The translations under genes were made by a program, and so were the position numbers. Source: Lama glama (taxonomy: Eukaryota). From it: 64,000 nt of DNA. How positions within the stretch are numbered: the stretch's first letter is position 1; the number at the start of each line of letters is the position of its first letter. The notes under the pieces were generated by a model. It did no database searches. It saw only the letters and a program-made list of their open reading frames with translations, and was not told where the DNA came from. Positions 12,991 to 24,433 of this stretch are shown one piece after another. The stretch is taken from positions 15,998,001 through 16,062,000 of the forward strand of contig CM052818.1 in the NCBI GenBank assembly GCA_028534125.1. The letters run 5' to 3'.

Positions 12991-13407
12991 ATTAATTCCA
13001 AACCAAGCTTAATTTGTTTAAGAAAATAGGTTAAAGGTGTCTGGACTAATATTTTTAGTGCTAATCTACTTTGTGTATTTATTTTGGACTTATGCAGCTT
13101 TACGGAAAGAAACTACTCTAGAAACCAAGATTACGAAGCTCGTGATTTTGCTTTTCAGGTACATAAATGTTAACAGTTTCTATTGAATAGGTTTTTCATT
13201 TAGGTGTCAACGAATCTCAGTGAAAAAATGTGAGAGCTGGATTAGAAGCTTTCATCCATAGCAATGGCTTTCAATGAAGTTATTGCTTTTCTGACAATCT
13301 GCATATTCATCCCAGTGAATAAAATCCTATTTTCATAACTTGCACTTTGCATGAAGAATCTGGAAGTAGCTTACATACTGGTTGTGCGGCGAGTTTCTCA
13401 GTTACTC

Positions 13408-14212
13408 TGACTCAGGCATACAGCCTTTCTTCACTTCTAACTCTGCTTTCCTTTCCTTTCTTCTCCTCTTCTCTTTCTTTCTTTCTTTTTCTTCCTTTTT
13501 TCTTTTTTGAGTATGAATTAATATCTCACTGAAGGCTGCTTACAATATCATCATTCACAGAAATGAGTCAGCATCTTTAACTAAGAAACTATATGCCATG
13601 AGGGAGTTTTCGATGTTTTGAAATACTTGACTTCAGCTGGAAAGCGTCCCCTCCAATCAAAGTGGAGTTGCTGTTTATGTCACTTTTCTCTCTGACCTGC
13701 AGTACTTATTCAGGTCACACAGTCCTCTTATCTTCTTTCTTCTCTTGAGTATTTAAAATTGCTGAAGTGCCCATCACTAAGGGGTAGATTCTAAGGGGTT
13801 GGGAGCTGCTGCTGTTAATGGATGCACTTAATAAAGGTTCTGTTTATTTTTTTTTTCTATTTGTTTCTTTCTCTTTTTGAAAGTAATATGTAACTCTCTA
13901 ATACCTAAACAGATAATATACATTTCTAACTGATTCCCTTCAAAAACTACAGATAAAGAAAAAATCTGTCATGTTAGACTATTCCAAAAGCCACATAAAA
14001 TGGAAAAAACAATCAAAGCATTTTTTTTTTCCCTAAGACAGTTTTGGGAGCTCTGAAGCAAAGCGTAATTTAAGCCAATAAAAACTGATTCTCTCAAGTG
14101 CAGCAAGAAAATGTGACTCATTGCAGCAGAGGAGGGAGCTGGAAGCAAGAGGACTGATCTGCCTGCTTCCACTGGCTTTTATGAGTTCATGCAATATCCC
14201 CGTGATGAGTCA
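13408..14212. promoter_or_regulatory. Candidate enhancer: four AP-1 sites, one an extended NRF2/BACH-type element
   Basis: TGACTCA at 13408-13414 and 14114-14120; TGAGTCA at 13564-13570 (within ATGAGTCAGCA) and 14206-14212; in apparently non-repetitive DNA. Confidence 0.45.
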
Positions 14213-14871
14213 CATTTAGAGTGCAAACAGCTGACGAGGCACATGAGTGTGCATGTTGAACATACCCACTCACCATTCACCAACTACAGTCTTCTCCTTT
14301 AGAGAGAACACAAGACCATGTATTTAGGAATTCTCTTTCTGTGTTTTTGGAAAGAAACAGAGAAGCAAAACTGGCTGGGGGATTGAAATAAATCAACAAA
14401 CCAAAGAAGAGCTAAAAAAGTGCAAAGAAGAAGGGGGCAGAACTCGAGCAAGTACATTTTTCAAATACTGATGAAATTTTCCCCATATGTTCTTTGTTTA
14501 AAGAAACAAAGCAAGGGGCTGATCTGACATTGCAGGAATGGAAGGAGAGGTAGAGGAAACAAGAAGTCGGTTCTGCTGGTACATCTAATTCTTAATACCT
14601 AGTCCTATAAAGAATGATTTTTATCAACTCTGCTCATTTCCTTCCTCCCTTCTCTTCCTCTCTCCCTTCTTTCCTTCTTTTCTCTCTTTCAATTACTGGA
14701 CTACATTTTACACATCGCATGGCCTAGTTCCCTCTCTCTGCATATAAAGATTCAGACACTTCTTCAATATTAAGAGATCTACCAAAGACAGCATTATCAA
14801 TTCCTATAAAGGCTGGAAATACAATGACGTCCTGACGTCCATTCCAGTGCTCACTCCTCTATACTATCAAA

Positions 14872-14920
14872 TATTATTATTATTATTATTATTATTATCA
14901 TCATCATCATCATTATTATT
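14872..14920. repeat. Compound trinucleotide microsatellite (TAT)n(CAT)n(TAT)n
   Basis: Seen directly in sequence. Confidence 0.95.
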
Positions 14921-16481
14921 AACAGTAGTTGGTGTTTCCTCATGGAACTCAAGCATCTTCAGGCATTAATTATAACAATATTTTCCTGAAATTTAACACT
15001 GTGTCAGAGGCATGATTTACTTTGTTAAAAATGTGTTTTAAAGACGCTTTTAAAAATCAGCATTAAATTGCAATAAAAAATTACAAAGTTATAATTTTTG
15101 TTGTCAGGAACTCAAGAGTTAGCCTATCTGGAACCAAGACAAATAGCAAATTCTTGATAATTTAAAGTAAAATCCATTCCATGTGTGATATTTCTGAAGT
15201 GCGAAAGGAAGAAGAGAACTATTGTAAACTTTTAAATTTCCTGCTAAGAGGCCATTACTGAGTTCCAACAATTGAGGTTTTTGGTAGAAGTGAAGTATAC
15301 GGTAGATTTTAGACATAAGGAATGAAGACTGTGGCAGTGGAAAAGAAGTGCCTCGTATCATGCTACTGGAGATCTTAATGTTTCTACAAAAATTTTGCTG
15401 GAAAGTAATGGCTATTATTTTTTTTTAAAGGTGATTAAAGAGGTTCATGAAAGCAATGATCCTGATACCTCAGGTCAAAAAATAATTCCACTCAAAATAT
15501 ACAAATAATTGAAAAAATTTGTTAAGGAAAAATTCAATCCAAGAATGTAAGTTAATATCCAACACCTCAATTTACAAGTCCTAACCCTAACATAACAACA
15601 AGAAAAATCTCAACATTAAAAAAAAACCCATAAAAATGGATTAGTGTATCAAAAGAAATGCCAGGATAGATTTTTTTAAAAATCATGAAATCCAGACTCT
15701 ATCACAAAGATATTAATTGACTTAAGTTCTGAAAATAGTTGTTTTCAACAGTCAAACCTGTTTTTTGAACAATACTGGACAGCAAACAGTGGGCAGAATA
15801 ATTCTGGAGAGTGACAGATTAATTGCATGCTGTCTGTTAATGCATACATACAAAAAGCTTTGTCCATAAGCTTGGATAATAAGCTTTACTTAAATATGTA
15901 TTTCATAGGTAGGTAATTAATGTAATTAATTCCACATTTACAACTGTTGTTGATTTAACTGTAGTTTTTCTCATATTTTTAAAGTCCAAGAGAATCACCA
16001 CATTTCTCAATCCAAGAATGATTATTATTATTTGGATGTCTCTCAATATTTTTGATATTTAAAGGGGCTCTCCCATTTGAAAATACTGGGAAATATGTTC
16101 TATTCCATGAATGAATTATCCTTAACAAGTCAGAATTTAATGCAAAAATTTATTGCTGAATAATATTTCATTGTATGGATATATCACATTTTATTTAGCC
16201 ATCCATCAGTTGATAGAGATTTGGGTTGTTTCCACTTTTTGCCTACTATGATCATGTTGTTATGAGCATTTGTGTATCAGTCTATATGTGGACATATGTT
16301 TTCATTTTTTGGGGGTGTGCATCTAGGAGTGGAATTGCTGGGGCACATTGGACTTATGTTTAATCTTTTGAGGAACTGCAAAATTATTTTTCAAAACAGC
16401 TGTACTATACTTCATTTCTACCAAAATTATATAAGGTTTTCCATTTCTCTACACCTTTGCCAATACGTATCACTGTATGAC

Positions 16482-16577
16482 TTTTTTTTTTCTTTTTTAT
16501 GGATATACTAAGGATTGAACTCAGGACCCTGTGAATGCTAAGTACACACCCTACCACTGATCTATACCCCTACCCAC
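16482..16577 (-). mobile_element. tRNA-derived SINE (camelid Vic-1-like)
   Basis: Reverse complement: gggtaggggtatagatcagtggtag (A box)...gagttcaatcc (B box)...poly(A). TSD TATGACTTTT/TATGTCTTTT. Confidence 0.85.
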
Positions 16578-16583
16578 TATGTC

Positions 16584-16622
16584 TTTTTTTTTTTTTTTTG
16601 AAGTGTAGTTGATTTAAAATGT
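16584..16622 (-). mobile_element. Extremely 5'-truncated L1 (last ~23 nt plus poly(A))
   Basis: T16 followed by gaagtgtagttgatttaaaatgt, resembling the antisense cetartiodactyl L1 3' terminus. TATGTCTTTT at 16578 and 16623. Confidence 0.65.
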
Positions 16623-16684
16623 TATGTCTTTTTTTGATTATAGCCATCCCAATGGGTATGAAGTGATGTCTCATTGAGATTTTT

Positions 16685-16824
16685 TAAATAGACTTTGCCT
16701 TTATTTCTTTTTTTTTTCATTTTTCTTTCTTCCTTTTTTTTTTTAATGGCGGTACTGGGGATTGAACCAGGACCTTGCGCATGTTAGGCATGTGCTGTAC
16801 CACTGAGCTATAGCCACACCCCAC
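16685..16824 (-). mobile_element. tRNA-derived SINE (camelid Vic-1-like)
   Basis: Reverse complement has tagctcagtggta (A box), ggttcaatcccc (B box) and an A-rich tail. TSD CA(T/A)TGAGATTTT at 16672 and 16825. Confidence 0.9.
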
Positions 16825-18559
16825 CAATGAGATTTTGTTCACATTACCCAAATGGCTAATGATGTTGAACATTTTTTGTGTTCTTATTGGCCATTTGTAT
16901 ATGTTCTTTGGAACTATTTATCTTTAAAGTCCATCTCAAATATTACATCCTGCATGAAGTCTTTCTAATTCTTTTGTCCATTTGTGATTTTATTCTCCTC
17001 TAATGCAGAATTCCTGCATGAAACTTAATTTAATTAATGCTTACTTCTGATATGTAAGATACTATGTCAAGAGTAATTGGAAACATGAATGTGTTGATAT
17101 TGATATATGATATACAGTCATAATGAAGTGTACGACCATATGAGGGAGACAAAATATTTGCATTTGGGCCGCATTGTGTACTTTTGTTTTTCCTTTCTGG
17201 TTTGCAAAATTGACAGCATGAAATTGCTTTTTTATGGCCCAGTGACGTGAACAAAGTTAACAAATATTGGTAGAATTGAAATCCAGTCCCAGCTTAAATT
17301 ATGTCTAACTTTGCAATGATTTTAAACTCAAGTAACAAGTCCCATCATTTGCAAATATTGCTGGTTTATTTTTTCTCTTGAAATCTTTAAACTCGTAGGT
17401 GAAATTTAAAAATTTTCTTAAAACGAGTTAGCTCAAACCACCTGACCTCTTTGTCTCTAATGTACAAAATCATATACAAAATTGTAAAAGAGGCTTACCT
17501 CAAAATAGCCTCATCCATTTCTTACGAAAAATGCAAATCCATGAAAATTTAGTTTCATTTGAATATTATATTCATCGTTCAAAGTCAAGCTGAAATGCCA
17601 CTTTTATATGAGCACTGTCTCTGTTTTTGTAAGGCAGTTAATTAATTCCTCTTTATGCTCTTACTATTCTACACTTTAGCTCTGTCACGGCAATCATGTT
17701 GAACTACTTAGGCCCATCCCCCTCCATAAACTGTAAACTTGTTAATGCTGCAGACATGCTGGATTTCTCTGTGTTCAGATTCTAGCTCATATTGCTTTTG
17801 CTGTGAAATCAATGTGATTGAATATTATGAACTTCAGATCGTGCAGTGAGCATTACTGAATGTCTATTACTCATACCAAGTGTTTTCTGGTATCTATAAA
17901 ACATTTTTATAGAATCTGGAAAAGCAATCACTGCAAGTATTTTTAAGGTTTATTTTGTTTTACCTGTTGCTTTCTCATAAAAAGGAATTTTATTTTAATT
18001 ATTTAATATGCAGTATCTTAGTTCTTTTACTTTGGTTAAATTAGTACTTTTTTTTACCACTAACAATTATATGTGAGGATTTTTAAAATAAATAATTTTT
18101 GCTGGTCATTTTTTAAGAATCATTTAAAAGAAACTATTATCTCATTTGTAAACTGTCACTGCAGAAAAAATATTAAGGAGCCAAACTTAGAACAAATGTA
18201 TATATTAGTGCAGATCAACATAATCTTGTAGAGATAAATATAATTTCTCAGGAAAATGTATATTTTAATAGAGTGGGCAAAATTTTCCACATAACAGAGA
18301 AAAAAAAACCCTGTGGAATAATACTTTTTGTAATTTCCAGGCATTTCTTTTTTGCCAGAGTTTGATAGCTTTCTAAAATAATCTTTTTAGGAAATAAAAA
18401 ATGTCCTATTTAAAAATGATATTTGTAGTTGATAAGAACTGAAAAATCCAAAGGACAGCATTTATATCTCTTTATCTCTGCTACAGCTTGAACCAAAATG
18501 AATGCTCAGTTCTACAGGATATTTCTTTTTAGCCCATGATAGAAAAGTCGTTTAACTAC

Positions 18560-19027
18560 TGACAAAGACTCTTTCTTTGACCAAACTTTAGTCAGTCTCC
18601 TCTGAACTCTGTTCTCAACTCGACCCTGACTTTTGGAACTCTGTGATTATCTTTATTTGTCCAGTTTTACCAAGAATACTTCTAAGTTGGTTAACACAGA
18701 AACCCTCATCCCTGCTATCTGATCATTTTCCACATCTAATTAGATTTCTCATGTTTCATCATCCCCCAGTAACATCCTGGCCCGCCTTCAGCTAGAATCC
18801 TGGTAGGTCAGTTTAGCCAGTCTTCTTCCTTACCTCTGATGTATCCTCTTAGTAATTTTCATCCACTGACCCTCCCGCCCTGCTCCTGGGCTATAAATTC
18901 CCACTTTTACTCGTATGCAGAGTTGAGCCTGATCACTTTACCCTGCTACAAAACCCCTTGTAGTAGTTCCCCTGAGTAAAGTTTGCTTTACCAACTTTAA
19001 GAAGTATCGTAATTTTTTTCTCTAACA
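18560..19027 (+). mobile_element. Solo LTR, MER31-like (ERV1)
   Basis: tgacaaagactctttctttgaccaaactttagtcag start, TATA-like ctataaa, AGTAAA signal, ends ctaaca. Confidence 0.8.
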
Positions 19028-20579
19028 TCACGCTAAGCCTTAGTTTTTTTAATCTTAAAAAATAGGGAGCAAATGACTTTTTAAATGCCCTTCCAGATAT
19101 AATGTATGATTTTTGTGTTAATTTTTAAGTCATTTTATAGGGAAGAACTTTGCAGGTATTTTTTCCTGTTAGATTTTAAGAAAAAAGAAAATAGTGTGTA
19201 GTTTGTGCAATTTTTACATATTGTTCTTTATACTTCCAACAGTGATATAAAACAGTTATAACACTGTGTTACAGATGAAAATGAACAATCAAATTTTTAA
19301 AAAAAACAAACCTGTGTTTCAAACCACAAAGCTAGTAAATAACTCAAATTAAGATTTACCAAGACTCTCTCTGTTTTCATAACTCATTATGTATACCTGT
19401 GGAAAGTTATCTTTACATTCTATTAAAACAATTATAGTGCTTAAATTTAATGTAGATGTGAAATATCTGATACATTTGGTTATAGATTATCTAGGGTATC
19501 TTCCTCATTCCCCTTTCCCCTATCCCCAATTTCAAACCCAAGTTTACTTTCAGCAAAATACATCTAAGGCTTACCACAGAGTCATATTCTAAATTGCTCC
19601 CCTATTGTTGTATCAGGAATATTCTTTCAGACCTACACTGAGGTGAAAATGCATATTTAGATAATAAAGGTATTTTGACATAATTAGAAGTGCTAAGATT
19701 GAAGAAGCAATTGCTAGGGACCTTAAAGTGCTACTACATTCCATTGGCCCTTTTTCACATGTAATTCCATAAAGCAGCATTTCATTCATTCAGTGATAAA
19801 AAAAATTTATATTATGAAAGACAAAATAATGACTGCATCCCACCATTCTGTGTTATTTAAATCTGTTAATTGCTTTATTTTGAATCCCTGTTGTTTGGTT
19901 AATTGAGGTAATAAAAGCTCTTTGAAAATCTTACTTTTGCCAAACTTGGCTTTTGATGAGTCACTTTGAAGTGACTTGCGTGTCACTGTGAAATCTCAAC
20001 AAAGTTGTAGCCCAATGGGTGTCTCTGCACTGGAAGCCTTTAGAACCTCTAAGGTCCAGGTGCTAAATCCTATTTGGATGTCCCCCAGGAGAATCCAGAA
20101 ATCAGAGTATTATTATGTGGTTTAATATGCAAAACTAAACTTTTCAAAATTACCTCCTAGGACATTCTAAATGTCACTGTGCAATTACAGATAGCCAATT
20201 CTAGCATGCTTATATCTGGGGATTTAGGCAATAGAAGAAATACACATCACAAAAAAATTAACTTGAAAAACCAAAAATTACGAACTGATGTATAAAGTTA
20301 TTTGAGCTTTGACTAAATGCAAACTTTTTAGTCACCTCTGCCATTTAAAAAAACGCATATGAGTAAAGTGTAACATTAATTTGGGCATGACAATGTTTGA
20401 AGAGTAGAAGCCAGGAAAATTTCCTTTGTCAATAAGGCTGTTAAAAAATAAACAGAATTTCAAAACTCCTTCCACTAAGACAGAATAAGCATGCTGCGAT
20501 TTGGAGATGGTATGAGCAATGCAGAAGAGAAGTGAGAAAGGTCAGGACCCTTTGGGGAAATAGTGAATAATTTAATGAC

Positions 20580-21158
20580 TAGAGTAGAATTCTCTGACGG
20601 TCACCAAGAGTCCCTGGCCCTGATGTACACATATTCACCCAGTTACTTCACCAAACATGAATTCAAGTGTTGCTGTAAAGAAATTTTGCTGATGCAATTA
20701 AAGCCCCTAATTAGTTGACTAAGTTAATCAAAAGGAAGATTGTCCTGGGTATACCTAACCTAATCAGGTCAGTCCTTGAAGTCAGGGAGATTCAAGCAGC
20801 AGTAATTTTTCTCCTTATGGCCTTGCAGAAGCAAACAACTGTGTTGTGAACGGCCAGTGGAGGCAGTCCGCACTGCAAGAATCTGCAAGTGACCTCTAGG
20901 AATTGAGTGCAGTCCCAGGCTGACATTAAGCATGTAAATGAGGATGTCACTCACGGGTGTGCAAAGACCTGAATTCTGACAATAGGTGACATTAGGGCTT
21001 AGCTATCATCTTGATTTAGCCTGGGGAGACACTAAACATAAAAGTGGTAAGGATTGTACAGACTTTTGACCTACAGAAACAATGAGATAATACATTTGTG
21101 CTGTTTTAAGCCATTAAGTTCATGATCATTTGTTATGCAGCAACAGAAAACCAATACA
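20580..21158 (+). mobile_element. MaLR LTR (MLT1E/F-like)
   Basis: Canonical MLT1 3' end tgttttaagcca...tttgttatgcagcaacagaaaaccaataca. Confidence 0.85.
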
Positions 21159-22044
21159 AGTGCACAATTAAAAAAAGAAAAAGAAAACAAATCTAGAATA
21201 TAGAATTTGGAATAGAAATAGAATATAAAATGTACAGATAGATTCACTCTTGCCTGGAATCTTTAGTGATTGGTTGTTTGTAATTAATCCCTTTCCTTTC
21301 AAATCTGTTAGCATTAAAATGATGGTGTTACCTAATTTTATGTCTGCCTCTCAGATTGTATTTAGAATGAGTGTACACGTTTTCATTAATGACAACTTCT
21401 TTGACTCAAGCTGTGAAGCTATTTTTGCCACCTCTTTTCTTACGATAAGGACATATATTTTCTTTTTTCCAATTAAATACAAATATATTGGATATTTCTG
21501 ATAATGTGCTAAAATATGCTGTTCACATACCTATTTTGGAGAATTTGGAAACATTAATTTTCACATATCAATCTTTGATTTCAAACGGTAACTGGTTTAA
21601 CAATGTCTCTTACATCACCTTCTATGAGTAGTTTATGAAATCTAAGCTATATTTAAAATAAAACTAATGTTTATTACCTTTTCTGATCATTTTACATATA
21701 TAATAGGCAAATAAAAATTATTTGGGACTGGAAAATATAATTTATCTGAAAATAAGACTAATAACATGGCTGATTATTATATAGTTTTAAACTCTTTAAC
21801 GTGTCTCTCTCCACATTTAAATATTGCAATCCATTCTATGTGCTTTTATGTCTGCTTTTCTACATAAATTCATAAATATTGTACATGCTATTTTATTCCC
21901 CAACATCATACTACATAGTGATGTACATGTGGAAAGCACATACAAACCTACAGAATATAGGATTTTAAAATTGTGCTTAATATTATCACCCTGAAGTATA
22001 TATGGTTTTAAATATAAAAATGGAATCATATCTCTCTTACTTAG

Positions 22045-22540
22045 TGTATTTGCTTCTTATTAATGCTGTTACAAACTGGTGGCTTGGAACAACACAAATT
22101 TATTCTTATAATTTTATAGGTCCAAAGTCCACAATGGGTTTCACTGGGCCCAAGTTGTTGGTGGGACTGCGTACTTTTGGGGGGCTTTTGGTGAAAATTA
22201 GTTTTCTTGCCTTTCCTAGTTTCTATAGACTTCTGGTATTCCTTGATTTGGGGCCCCCTTCCATCTTCAAAGTCAGCTATGTTGCATCTTTAGATCTCTT
22301 TCTGACTCAGACATTGACCCTCCTACCAAGCTCTCTCATATGTAAGAACCCTTGTGAATACATTGAGTACAGCTTGGATAACCTAGGACAACCTCCTCAT
22401 GTCACGGTCAGGTCAGCAGATTAGTAACCTTAATTCTATGTGCAACGTTAATTGCCACATTGTCATGTAACATAACATATACATAGGTTCCAAAGAGTAG
22501 GACATGAACATTTTTGAATGGCCATTATTCTACATGTTAC
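22045..22540 (-). mobile_element. MaLR LTR (MLT1, antisense)
   Basis: tgtatt...gctgttacaaa...gtggcttggaacaacacaaatttatt...ggccattattct pattern. Confidence 0.85.
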
Positions 22541-22839
22541 TCTTGACATTTGCTTTTCACATAGCACCATGTATTCCCATACCTATATACATTCATATTT
22601 ACCATTCTTCTTAGTGATTTCATAGATTCCATTACAAAGATGCATCATTTATTCTTACCAGATTATCTCTTGGCACTTGCTACTGAATTTGTTTTCTAGT
22701 ATTTACCACTACAAATGAGTAACAGTCATTCAGTAGTTTATTTATATATCATTCCACATGCAAGAGTCAAAAATAACCTTCTGTAGAAAAACGATTCAAT
22801 TTCTACATATAAAAAGCTTTAGAAGTCAATGATCAATAG

Positions 22840-23020
22840 AAGGTCTTGAATCAGAACATCTGCATTAAAATCTCTATCTCATCACTTATTGTCTGATCTT
22901 TAGACAAGTCATGTAATTATTATGAGCCTCAGTTTCTCTATGTATAATAGCATCTACCATTAAGATTGTTCTAAGAATTGAATGTACTGATTCTTTAAAA
23001 TGCTTAGAAGACCACTTGGC
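22840..23020 (+). mobile_element. MIR SINE
   Basis: MIR core gacaagtca...tgagcctcagtttctc...tgtataat. Confidence 0.7.
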
Positions 23021-24433
23021 CTATATTACAGAATCATCATTGGAATGGTGGTCCAAGTGCTGGGCTAGGTGTTGGATATACAATCATGAACAAAACATCA
23101 CAGTCCTTGCCCTTGAGGAGCATAAAATCTACTGGCCCATGCATGCATCTTTTGCAGCAAGTCTATTCATATGCAAATGATAAATTCCTAAGCACAGAAT
23201 AGCTAAATAAAATGATACTATAAGTGCAGTGCTTTTTAGTAAATATTATAAAGTATTTAATTATATGATCTCTCCAGTATAACTCATTTGGTTTTCCCTT
23301 ACGATTTCATTAGCTAGAACTTACATAAACATTACATGGTTGTATATGCAGGCATTGCAGTGTTGGCTCTAATTTTAATTAGAATGATATAGTGTGGCCT
23401 GGTTTTGAAATTGTGATGGCAGTTGATCCGGAAAAAAAAAAAAACTGTTTTCTTCATTTATGGAAATAAAACTCTTGATAGGATTTTAAATTATCTATAT
23501 AATTTATTATTCAAAAATATATATCATCTTTTATTGAATTTGTATTTGGCATCTACTGAGAGATTTTTTATGGAATTTTTCCTCCTCCATGGTCTATGAA
23601 TATAGCAGACATTAAAATATATCCTCATATGTAATCATTTAGAAAAATGCTTACTCTCTTGTCATAGTCTAAGCTCTGTTTTTCTAGAAAACAATGCACA
23701 CTTTGTGATATCTTATTGGATAATGTAATCTCAGTGTGGTAGACTGAATGTCACACAAAATGAGGCAGGAAAGGAGAGAAAGCAAATATAAGGAGGTATG
23801 TTTCTGAATGGCTTCAGCTTAGTAGTAAGTGAGGTTAATTTTTAGTTTTGCCAGGCCATTTAAAAGGCCTAAAGGATTATGGCATCTAGGGGAGAAAAAG
23901 AAGGAAAGAATGTATCCCCAACTCTTTCCTGTTACTTATATCTCACTGATAAAGTCCACTCTCAAGGGCCTTGCACATTTTTGTTGCCAGATCTGCCCTC
24001 TTCAGGTAGCCACTGGAATAAGACAGGGTCTCTGGGTGGCAGTATTCCCAGTGCATAGATGCAGTGTGCACCTTCCTTTGGTAGTTCCACACAGCCTGTG
24101 AGGCACCCTCACCTGTAAGTGTGGCCTTGGAAGTCATGGAGTGATCTGTGTTTAGAAAACAATGATGGTGAGTGTGTGTCTGAGTGTGTGTGGAGGGTGT
24201 GTGTGTGCATACTTGTGATGAGGGTGGGGAGAGTGAACACATGATTCTATTAAAGATTGACCAAAACAGTTATGTGGTGTTAGCCTTTAAATACATATTA
24301 GATGCTTTTTAGGAAATTTTGCTTTAGTGTATTTTTCAAATTGTGTATTTTATTTTATTTTAATTGATAAGCATAAACATTTTGGACATTGTATTTCTTT
24401 TCTACTACGTATTTTCACCCAATAAAAGTTTTA

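Larger units (their letters stand above)
16150..16915 (-). mobile_element. Older L1 (L1M) ORF2 3' end fragment hosting younger insertions
   Basis: tttattgctgaataatatttcattgtatggatatatcac...ggaattgctgg...ggccatttgtatatgttc is antisense L1 ORF2 C-terminus. Confidence 0.85.

Noticed and set aside
16482..16824. tRNA genes
   Set aside because: A/B boxes are present, but poly(A) tails and TSDs show these are SINEs.
22002..22424. 140-aa hydrophobic ORF
   Set aside because: It overlaps an antisense MLT1 LTR.
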